Shown here piece after piece: positions 12,689 through 22,983 of a DNA stretch of 64,000 nt. The stretch covers positions 240,560,001 through 240,624,000 of the forward strand of contig OZ024741.1 of assembly GCA_964016885.1 (NCBI GenBank), read 5' to 3'. Source of the DNA: Eledone cirrhosa (Eukaryota). Both the position numbers and the translations under genes were made by a program. Below the pieces are notes generated by a model. The model was not told where the DNA came from. It made no database searches and was given only the letters and a program-made list of their open reading frames with translations. Every line of letters begins with the position of its first letter. Position 1 is the stretch's first letter.

Positions 12689-13798
12689 TTAGTTTCCCAG
12701 AGTTTTTTCAGTTTCTTTATTGTCAGTTGTTGTGGGTACAGTGTTTTCAGACCAGCTGGTGTCTCTTTTCCATGTTTCGCCAGCCTTAACAAACTTCCAT
12801 ATCTGCCCATCATCTTGTAGGCTGAAGCTTTCATGTTCTGCCGAGCTGCAGTTTAAAGAAGCTGCAGCGCGCAACTTTGGGCGGACATCAGGTGGAAGAC
12901 CAGGGCGTGTTCGGAAAGCAATCCAACTTTCACGCCTAGCTTTATCAGAGGCTACAAGGTATGAACGTGCCTCAGTTGAGTTTGAAAACGACAGTCTAAT
13001 TAGCCTGGGTTTCAGGCCCGGTCGGCCAAGGCGTAGAGCACCCTTTGCGGGAGCACAGCCCAAGTCTTTGGATGAACTGGCAGCAAATGCCTGAAGATCA
13101 ACTATGTCTTCTGGTACACCAATGGCAATCACTTCGTGGTTTGCAGATTCAGTGGCATTCTCAATGCGTCTAGGTTCAACATGAGGTACGCGGAGATTTT
13201 TTAACAAGGCACTCCGGTAAGATCCCTCATTGTGGGGTTTTACACGAACGCTTGATTTTATTTCCGCTATTTCTTGGCTTAAAGCTGAAGTCATTTGCTG
13301 TATTTCCTCAAACTCCGTATTGACGGTTGGTTTTTGTTGTTGTTCTTCTCCTTCAACAGGCATGGTAGGAGAAGACACAGTCGTCGGTTGTTGTTGTTGA
13401 AAAGTAACGGGTGAAGAAGACATGGGTTGCTGTTGTTGATGAAGTCCTTCAACGGGGGTAGTAGCAGAAGCTACGGTCGTTGGTTTTTGCTGTTGTTCAG
13501 GAACAATGGTAGAGGAAGACACGATCCTTGGTTTTTATTGTTGTTGTTCGGGAACAATGGTAGAAGAAGACACGATCTTCGGTTTTTGTTGTTGTTGTTG
13601 TTCCGCAGCAATGGGAGAGGCAGGCATACAGTCCAGGCACCGAAAGGACCAGTTTGTTAGCTGGACCATCTCCCAGAGTCTATCCATTGTAGCAATATAA
13701 TGTTTCTTGTTTTGGCCTGGGATCTTCCGGAAGCCTGTGGCGCATTGAAGGCAGACAGAGATGTGACAGGTTCCACATTTGACCCAACGATTACGGAA
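12689..13798 (-). pseudogene. CR1-group ORF1: partial PHD-like finger, Q-rich ~16-aa repeats, coiled coil and RRM-like region; in-frame stop near 13537
   Basis: Upstream of the listed ORF the same frame reads WVKCGTCHISVCLQC...WSFRCLDC, then repeats of SSSTIVPEQQQKP. RLGRPGLKPRLIRLSF is typical of CR1/L2 ORF1. Confidence 0.75.
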
Positions 13799-13859
13799 CG
13801 AGTTTATATACTGTTGTTTGTTTATGTTGGTTTTGTTTTGCAGTAAGCAGCAAGAATGA

Positions 13860-14320
13860 TCATGAAATAGTCTTTATCAAATACTTGGATGGCTTCCTTG
13901 AAATGGTGGACACATTCAGCTATCTGCTGGGTGACTTAATTAGCAGTGGAGATAGATATTTTGAAAATACAGGAGCCAGAGTAAGAACTGGCTTGAAAAA
14001 GTTCAGCAAGCTATTGCATCTATTGGCTATAAAGGGTTTCTCTCTGTAGGGAAAAGGCAAATTGTATCACACCTGTGTGTGAAGAACAATACTGCATCAA
14101 ATTGAGACTTTGGCCTTGCATGCAGAGGATATGTGTAGACTGGAAAGAAATGAGGGATGTGTAATAGTAGAGTACATAAACATCAAAATATCTATGAACT
14201 GAGAGAACAACTGGGCTTAAGAGCAATTGAATGCAAAAAACAGGATTGTGTTAGTATTTTCATGTGATGCATATGGAAGTTGATATTTGCCTAAAGAAGT
14301 GCAGGGTATTCAAATTTGCT
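13860..14320 (+). pseudogene. Decayed RTE family A-like C-terminal fragment
   Basis: Translates in pieces to EMVDTFSY, ARVRTGLKKFSKLL and KGFSL*GKGKLY. Confidence 0.7.
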
Positions 14321-14551
14321 AGAACCAATTAGTGACAGTTCCTGTCCGCAAGCTAGCAATGAGCTGGGAGAATAAAAGGTAAAGGTGCAGAAAACAACAG
14401 TGCAGTTAAGCATGGATTATAATGTGCATTGGAAAATGATGACTGAACAACCACAAAAATTATAGGGTGAAAAATTTTGCAAACATTTTAATTTTGATTT
14501 CAAATCCTATATCATATTGAAGCTAAAGTATTTCTATATTTTATAAACTGG

Positions 14552-15072
14552 CACTATGTCTATATTATATTAAACCTACACTATGTCTATATCATATTAA
14601 ACCTACACTATGTCTATATCATATTAAACCTACACTATGTCTATATCATATTAAACCTACACTATGTCTATATCATATTAAACCTACACTATGTCTATAT
14701 CATATTAAACCTACACTATGTCTATATCATATTAAACCTACACTATGTCTATATTATATTAAACCTACACTATGTCTATATCATATTAAACCTGCACTAT
14801 GTCTATATATTAAACCTGCACTATGTCTATATTATATTAAACCTACACTATGTCTATATTATATTAAACCTACACTATGTCTATATATTAAACCTACACT
14901 ATGTCTATATTATATTAAACCTACACTATGTCTATATATTAAACCTACACTATGTCTATATCATATTAAACCTACACTATGTCTATATATTAAACCTACA
15001 CTATGTCTATATCATATTAAACCTACGCTATGTCTATATTATATTGAACCTACGCTATGTCTATATTATATT
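14552..15072. repeat. Minisatellite, 27-bp unit (some 24-bp variants), ~20 copies
   Basis: Tandem ctatgtctatatcatattaaacctaca. Confidence 0.95.
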
Positions 15073-15289
15073 TCAAAATGTACACACCTAAGCTATTTCT
15101 ACATTATATACACCTAAATAATTTCAGAATTGTATACATGTAAGGTGTTTCTATATTATATATATCTACACTGGACATATTTATTATATCTCTTCACATC
15201 CATCATCACCACTATCTGTCCTTCCCTCTCAGAACTATACACTTCACTTCTTATACGTCTAAATATCTCTTCCTATATATAATATATTT

Positions 15290-15880
15290 ATTTTTTTTAA
15301 TATCCAATTGAGTTCTTAAACACGTGGTTAAAATACCTAACAGGCTACAATGACCAGCGTGTATATTATTTTATATTTTACAATGACCTCCACTTTCCCT
15401 TTTGGGGACAGTGGGAATTTTCTTTTTGAAGGACTACTTGCTTTTCAAATTTAGCTGTCCTTCTAGCTCTGACGGGGACCATCACTAATTATTAATATCG
15501 ATGTAATTTTTTATATCGATATTGCATGGGCATGCACTGATGAGTTATAAGGGTCCGCTTGTGTGTATATCTATGGATATACACACGGATAGAAACTTGT
15601 ACACATGGATAGAAACTTGTATATATACAAGTTTCTACATAACTTGGACATTATTTATCCCAACTTGTAGAAATCTTATAACGAAACGATCGTATGGAAG
15701 GAAAGAGAGATTTACTTAATTATGTCTCATATAAAATAATCCAACCAGCTATCCACGGAATACTATATAGTTAGCACCCCAAACACTTAATTGGAATTAT
15801 ACTTAGGTATATCCTAATGTTTGTTGAGTGAGATGGAGTTGGTCAGAGTATCGCTTAAAGCTTTCTCTGTTAATGTATTA
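15290..15880 (+). mobile_element. Penelope-like pseudo-LTR remnant carrying a hammerhead ribozyme
   Basis: A hammerhead core is followed about 130 nt later by the TTGAGTG tail motif and a (TA)n flank. The 5' boundary is approximate. Confidence 0.6.
15533..15698 (+). ncRNA. Type I hammerhead ribozyme with expanded stem II
   Basis: CTGATGA 15537-15543. Stem II GTTATAAG (15544-51)/CTTATAAC (15675-82). GAAA 15683-86. Stem III AC-gatc-GT with palindromic loop. GUA cleavage triplet 15692-94. Weak stem I TGCA/TGGA. Confidence 0.8.
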
Positions 15881-15928
15881 AATATATATATATATATATA
15901 TACATATATATATACATACATATATATA

Positions 15929-16006
15929 CAGAATGTCCCCTCAAAAATGTATACACACTATTATTAGGATGCTGTTGAAGTGTGTTCATTTTTTTGGGAC
16001 ACCCTG
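15929..16006. mobile_element. Tiny Tc1/mariner-type MITE
   Basis: TIRs cagaatgtcccctcaaaaatgtatacacact / agtgtgttcatttttttgggacaccctg with TA on both sides. Confidence 0.7.
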
Positions 16007-16050
16007 TATGTATATATATATATATATATACATATATATACATACATATA

Positions 16051-16128
16051 AATTGTGTTTCCCAAAAATGTATACACACTTTTATTAGAATGCTGTTGAA
16101 GCATGTATACATTTTTTGGTACACGCTG
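16051..16128. mobile_element. Second, more diverged copy of the same MITE
   Basis: Same internal ttattagaatgctgttgaag and TIR remnants, in (TA)n. Confidence 0.6.
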
Positions 16129-16537
16129 TATATATATATATATATAACCTCTTTAACTAATCCACTTAAATTCACAGTAACTCCACTAATCTCTCCTATT
16201 GATCCTAATCTTTCATTATATGTAAGCCTTATAACATCCTAAAAAGTCCTTATACTAACTAATGAAATCGTCAGAAGTTGATGACCCAAGAAATTAAGAT
16301 GAACCACTTACCAATCAGAAAGTAGTAGGAAATCATTCTAATGTTTTATTTTGGCTATTTAGGGTAGGAAAGAAGACAACTATATATCATATAGGATCCT
16401 CATAGTTTGTCTATGTGATCACTAAAACTGGTAAAAATGTCTGAAAAGGGAGATAGGGTGGTTATAGCTGGAATATTTTTGATCATACGACTGCTCAATC
16501 ATGTCATAGGGTTAAAAAAAAAAAAAAAAACCAAGTG

Positions 16538-16750
16538 TAACCCTTTAGCATTTACATTACTCTATATTTACTACTGTATTTTTGCAGTAAAGGTTTTATC
16601 TCACATAATATCTCATATAATATTGAATCTATGAGATTTTAATATTATTTATTTTGAGAACAATGCCTTAAAATCAGTATGAGTGACCAGTTACGACCGG
16701 TTTGAACAGAAAGAGGTGAGAGAATTCTGGCTGGATACAGCCGGTTTATG
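16538..16750 (-). mobile_element. Partial copy of the piggyBac-like MITE seen at 55318-55536
   Basis: taaccctttagcatttacattactctatatttact is the reverse complement of the end of the 55318-55536 element. The internal sequence also matches. Confidence 0.65.
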
Positions 16751-17294
16751 ACATGCTAGAAATAGTAGCTAATTCTTCTTCAAACTATACTCTATAATCC
16801 TAAAAAGACAAAGCCATTTTGAATAATGTAGTTCTAGATACACATTGTCTGAAAAGGAGCAGTGCTGTTCACAACTGGAATACCTTAGATCATAAGATTG
16901 TTGTCTTGGTGATGACCAAGGGCTAAAAGAAGAACAGCAAAAATATATACTTGATATGCAATATACTGGTTATACTATAAATTGTATACTAAATATACTA
17001 TATATAATGTACTAGATATGCTATATATTATCTACTAGATATGCTATATACAAGTTATAATACTAGATGTACCATACACATATACTATATATTATGTGTC
17101 AGATATACAAGGTTTACTATATATTTTGTTCTACTGTATATTAAATGCTAAATATATTATATACAAATTATAATATATATAACTTATTAAATATACTATA
17201 TTCATGTTATACTATGTAGTATATACTAGATATAACATATACAACTAATACTCTACATTATATACTAAATAACCAGGATATTGTAGGTTTTTCT

Positions 17295-19545
17295 TTTCCT
17301 CCTACTTATTCCTGGGAGGGCTGTTGGGGCCAGAGTCTTCAAACACTCTTTCCAGAGGGTTCTGTCAGAAGCAGCCCTCTCCAATTGATCTGGCTGGATC
17401 CCCAAGCAAGAACAGTCATGCTCATAGATGTTATCCAAACACCTTGCTCGAGGTCTACCCTTGGATCATCTGCCAGCTGGTTTTGCCTGTAAAATTTGTC
17501 CAGTGATTTCCCGAGACATTCTAACCACATGTCCATAATATTGAAACTGTGATCTTTCAATTCGGAGAAGTAGTGGCTCTACTTGGAGCAACTTTCTGAT
17601 CTCCGAGCTAGGCACTCTATCGAGTAAAGTTGCTCCCAAGATCCTTTGAAGGAATCCCACTTCAGCCACTGGTAGTTGCAATCATATTTGTTTGGTCATT
17701 ACTCAAGATTCGTGAACATAGGTAAGTGTTGGCACGAATATTGAAGTGAAGATAGTGAGTTTGGCTTTTACATCTACCACCCTTCTTCTGATTACTGAAT
17801 GTTGTAGCTGGCACATTACTGCACAAACTCTCGTTTAATTCAGTCTCCTACCTTCTATCATGCATGAATATGGCCTCAAGATTCTTGAACTTCTCCACCT
17901 GCTTCAGTGAAAATCCACTTACATGTAGACTACACTGTGCAGGCTTCCTTGAGAGGACGAGTGTCTCAGTCTTTGCAGCACTGATTTTCATTCTAGCTGT
18001 GCAGCACTCGGCATCAAACCTATCAAGTGCATGTTGGAGATCATCTTCTGACAAGTTAAATAATACTATGTCTTCCTCAAATTCCAGTCAACTGATCCTA
18101 CACCGACAAATCGTGACACCACTTCCAGCCTGGATGCACATGTCAATCCTGTTTGCGAAGATTATAAACAGGAGAGGTGTCAGTATACACTCATGGCAGA
18201 GTCTGACTCCCATATTGAATGGTTTTAATCTAATACCATTTATCCAAACACAAATGCTTGGGCATTCATATAGAGACATCAAGGTGACCAGAAGCTATCC
18301 ATGGAGCCCATACTCCTGCAGAACTTTCCACAGCAGGTTCTATGAAATGTAGTTGTATGCCTTTTCAAGATCTACAAAGAAAGAATACACCTTTTGGCTG
18401 TACTCCATGATCCTACATCTCTTAGCCAGACACTTAGCATAGACTTTACCAGAGAGGCTTAACAAAAACTCTATAATTGTAGCAATCTCTTAACACAAAC
18501 ATCCAGCACACAAAATCAAATATTGTAGGTTAGATATGCAATATACATCTTATATAATTCATCTAGTACATAATACATAGCATATGTCAGATGCGCTATA
18601 TACATAGTACTCAACAAAAATGACAGGGTTTATAGTTAAAAAAAATATATATATATCTAGGTCATGTCCATGGTGCCCCAACTTAGTATAGACTTTACTG
18701 GAGAGGCTTAACAAGGATATCCCTCTATAATTGTAGCAATCTCGTTTCCCATTTTGAAGATTGGAATTATCAGGTGCTTTTCCAGAGATCTAGGCCACCC
18801 GGCACACATGAGTCAACCAAAGAATACCTTTTCTATTTAAGGCTTTTAACATTTTGGACTTAATTTCATCCTCTCCATCGGCCTTGTCCCATTTGAGCTC
18901 TTTAATTGCTCTTTTGATCTCAGCCTTCAAGAAATTAATACTCGCTCTGAGATGCACCTCATGTACATCAAAAGATGCTGTTGTGATCAGGTTCAGGAGA
19001 TCAGAGATCAGCAAAATATTTTCTTCATAGAGAGGAGAACTCCAGATGCATTTCTGATAGCAAGTATGGAGGAGGACTTCTTATTACGAAGTTGGCAGAA
19101 CATTTTATTTGCTGATCTGAAGTTAACCTCAAAGTCCTTCCATGTCTTAACTTTGGATATCTTTACTGTCTCTGCTGTGATTCTTTGTGTCTGCTTGTAC
19201 TGCAAGTGCAAGAAGGAAGACTTATTTCAAAGCCAAGATTTGTATACCTCCTTCTTTGCTGGATGGCATTTTTGACCTCTTGATTGAACCACTTTTGCCA
19301 CCAGCATTTAAGAGCTGAACAGTCTCCACACTATTTCAACATCCTCAATTTAGTCAGGGAGTTCTTTGAATTTGGATGCAATAGTATTTGCATACCTGTT
19401 CCTGACTTCCTTATTCACCAATGCTTCACATTTTATCCTGTAGGTCGATCTGGATCTGTCAGTTTTGTGGGCTTCTTTGGCTTTAGGTAGTTTCAAATTT
19501 CAGATAATTAGATGCTGACCAGTTGACAGCTCAGCCCCTCTCTTA
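17295..19545 (-). mobile_element. Decayed RTE LINE, Rex3/Expander-like, internally rearranged
   Basis: Fragments KADGEDEIKSKMLKAL, GVRLCHECILTPLLF, LQHALDRF and LQVEPLLLRIERSQ. Many stops, and an internal duplicated block at 18440-18740. Confidence 0.8.
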
Positions 19546-20214
19546 ACACAGAGACAATAACAAAATCAAATATTGTTGGTTAGTCATGCAATATGCTACT
19601 TATAAAATTCATCTAGTACATAATACATAGTATGTGTCAGATGTGCTATATGAATAGTACCCAACAAAAATGAAATCCTTTATTACATGTAAAGGCGTTT
19701 GACTTCCCATATTTTCCTGAACCTTCTCCCTCTTGTCAACCCAACCATTGCTGTATTTCATTTTACATTCATTTACATCAATTACTATAATTTTCCTCCC
19801 TATTTTCTCTACACATTATCAAACATATATGCACTAAATTACACTGACTTTGTTCTACCTATATATATATATATATATACACCTATATATCTATCTTTCG
19901 ACTGCTATTGGGATTTGTTTTGTGGTTGTTGTTATTGTATAGGAGCATTGGTAAATATAGATACATATTGATAGCCATGTAGGTAGGTAGATATAGATAG
20001 CTTTTGTTCTACTGCTGACCATCTTGACAACATTGTGTGTATGTGTGTTTGAGAGAGAGATATCAAAGCACATACATGCTCAGATACCAGATAAACCTAG
20101 CACAAAGTGATTGTCACGTGATTCATGTGTTGTATTATTATGATACTGTGTGTTAAATAGCAGCTATATGATCATCACAAGGTCTTTTTTTAGGTATTAT
20201 TTTATGGCCAGATA

Positions 20215-20403
20215 GAGCAGTGGATTGGCAGTATTGCTAGAGGGTCGGACGGTATGCTTTGCAGCATAGTTATGGCCCGTTATAATCTGAGTTCAAGTCA
20301 CCCCCAAGGTTTGCTTTTCATCCTTACGGGGGTCGATAAAATAAAGTACCAGTAATACACTGGGGTAATTGCTGGCTTTGTGCCAAAAAGTAGAAACAAT
20401 TAT
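20215..20403 (+). mobile_element. SINE with Nin/Deu-type core
   Basis: tRNA-like head (tggcagtattgctagag...gagttcaagtc) followed by cttttcatccttacgggggtcgataaaataaagtaccag. Confidence 0.75.
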
Positions 20404-21679
20404 TTTATGGCTAGATACCTTTCCTGACACCATTTCTTTTAGTTGCCTTTTACGACATTCAGAAATACAGTGTATTTTGAAAAAATATTATTTTCTATCA
20501 ATGACACAAAGGTTCAAATATGGAAGAGGGTCTTGTTGATTAAATTAATCCAGTATTTTACTGGTACTTATTTTATTGACTCCTAAAATATGAAGCATAA
20601 AATGGCAACAGGGTGCATAAAATGCCACAGCTAAATACCAAAATGCAATATAGAACTTGGCAAGAATTGAACCTAGAACTTAGAGCCATAACTAAATATT
20701 TAAATACCACATTGATTTTGGCAAGATTTGAACCCAGAACTTTCCTTGGTTTCAACCACATCAAGTCTGATGGTCGGTACATATACGATGAACAGTTATG
20801 ACTTATATATCTGTGTGTGTATATGTATGTTATTATCATACATCAACACATTTTTTCATATGCAGAGCCTCATTATCAAAGCATTATAATAAATGCTTTC
20901 CCACAGACCACCATATGGAAGTGAGGTTGACTTGGTTTCTGAGCCATAACTAAATATCTAAAGGTATTGTTGGCTCTAGTGGGATTTGAATTCAGAATGA
21001 AAGGTAAAAGAGACTGGTACATTTTAAAATCTGGTGGAGCCCATCATGCTCTAAGTTTGAACATAGCTGATTCCTTCCTTCCTTTGAGAAAGAGAGAGAG
21101 AGGGGGGAGAGAGGGTGGGGGAGAGAGAGAGAGAGAGAGAATCAACTCTAGTAGTGGATTGGTACTTAATCGAATGTGAAAGGATGAAAGGTAAAGCTGA
21201 AACCAGTAGGATTTGAACACAGAATGCAGAGAGCCAGAACAAATGAGCCATTTTTAATCTAATGCCCATACAACTCTACTAAAATAGATACCATAAGGTA
21301 ACATTGACATCCGGTAGGATTTGAACATAGAATGTAACTAGCAATAACTGAGTATGAAATCACAATGTTGATTCTGCTGGGATTTGAACTTGGAATGAAA
21401 GGACCTTTTCATTCCAGGTTTATTTGATGTTCTATCCATTCTCCCAATCCTCCACCCTAGAAACTTGGGGGGTGGGGTGGGGTGGGGTGAATATGAATGT
21501 TAAAAGAATGGTAAGGAAGTCAAGTTACTGTATATACATATGTATGAGTCACTTCTTTTCCCCATGAAAATATGAAGTGAAAAACCAGCACGTCTCTTAT
21601 CTGTTGAACCTACAAAACACCTCAATTCAAAATATATGGTATATTGTAAATGTTGTATGTAAAATGGAGGTGCAATTTA

Positions 21680-21910
21680 TCTATATATATATATAAACGA
21701 AAATGTCTCTCTGTCTGTATGCAGGCGATGTATTTCCCCAGTTTCCATCTGATTTTGTTCAAATTTGATATATAGGTTATTTAGCGCCCGGAGAATGTCA
21801 ACATATAGTTTAAACCGTGCTCTCCCCTAAAATAGCAGAGTTCTGGGGAATTCAAAGATGGCCGTGTTGTGGCAAAAGGTGTGTCTAGCAACGACGGGTT
21901 CTTTTGCTAG
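21680..21910 (+). mobile_element. Non-autonomous Helitron
   Basis: A|TCTATATATATATATAAA 5' end. The 3' end gcaacgacgggttcttttgCTAG|T has a decayed subterminal hairpin. Inserted between A and T with no TSD. Confidence 0.75.
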
Positions 21911-21922
21911 TATATATATATA

Positions 21923-22017
<95 letters not shown>

Positions 22018-22176
22018 ATAACAAAATATCATTATAGTTAACATTGTATTTGAAATTGAGAGGCACTGTTTTTTAGTGTTCAGCAATTTTTAAACATCTC
22101 TATCAGTGAAACAATTGTTAGACTGCAAATAAATCTCCTTTTTTGTACTGTTGACCATGTTATTCTCCACTTTTTC

Positions 22177-22208
<32 letters not shown>

Positions 22209-22312
22209 GCCTTGTTATCCTTGCTATAATTCAACTGAACTGCAAATACCATATATATATATATATATATGGTATTTGCAGTTCAGTTGAATTATAGCAA
22301 GGATAACAAGGC
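22209..22312. repeat. Perfect 104-bp palindrome centred on (AT)10
   Basis: gccttgttatcc...gcaaatacc(AT)10ggtatttgc...ggataacaaggc. Confidence 0.9.
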
Positions 22313-22667
22313 TAAGATTGTATTTTAAACCCTGTCCTGTTAACCTGAAATATCTAAACTATACAGATATTGATTTAACTAAAAAATACAGATTCCTGCC
22401 TCTCCTCCCCTTCTTTTCCCTTTGGAAATCTGTTAATGCTAAAGAAATTTGATGTTTAGCCAAAGTTATTTTCTATTGTTACCATTAATAGTCTCACTCT
22501 TTATTAATTTTACTTTAGTCAGATGATCAAAGGAAACAGTATTTGCCAGTCTCAGGTGATCAACTGGCTTCAATATAAATATACCGAGCTTCTATTTATG
22601 AAATGTAAATACAGCAGAGTTCTTCTAGGCTAGGAAATGTAAACAAAATATTGCAGCGCATATGAAC

Positions 22668-22718
<51 letters not shown>

Positions 22719-22721
<3 letters not shown>

Positions 22722-22976
22722 TAAGAAAGTAAGTGTTGGTAAAATCCAGTACTTCAGTATGCGGATAGGGAGCACTCAACGAAGATATAAGTTGAGGAGT
22801 TATAATAGTGACGAAACATAAGTCAATTGCATGAACTCATAATCCTTTATTTACTCCTATATATATTTCGATGATAGCCATTGAATGAGGTCATAGACAT
22901 TCAATGGCTATCATCGAAATATATATAGCAGTAAATAAAGGATTATGAGTTCATGCAATTGACTTATATTTCGTCA
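22719..22976 (-). mobile_element. PLE-type fold-back mini-element (inverted repeat 22809-22976, tail 22719-22808)
   Basis: ~79-bp arms and a 10-nt loop. The arm has catcGAAAtatatata followed by AATAAA. The minus-strand tail contains TTGAGTGCTCC. (TA)n flank. Confidence 0.7.
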
Positions 22977-22983
22977 ATATATA

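Larger units (their letters stand above)
9716..13802 (-). mobile_element. Near-full-length CR1-group LINE (ORF1 + APE-RT ORF2 + 3' UTR), slightly 5'-truncated
   Basis: ORF1 with a Cys finger and Q-rich repeats is followed by ORF2 with APE and RT and the CR1-type C-terminus FFTLRVAEAWNKLP. The 3' end reads gtgcacctgagcactttacacacaataatttcattcatt. Confidence 0.92.

Noticed and set aside
22781-22830. Plus-strand hammerhead-like TTGAGGA-gtta..tgac-GAAAC-ataa-GTC
   Set aside because: Stem I does not pair, the core is mutated, the mirror arm reads GAAAT, and the orientation is opposite to the inferred element. Probably chance.
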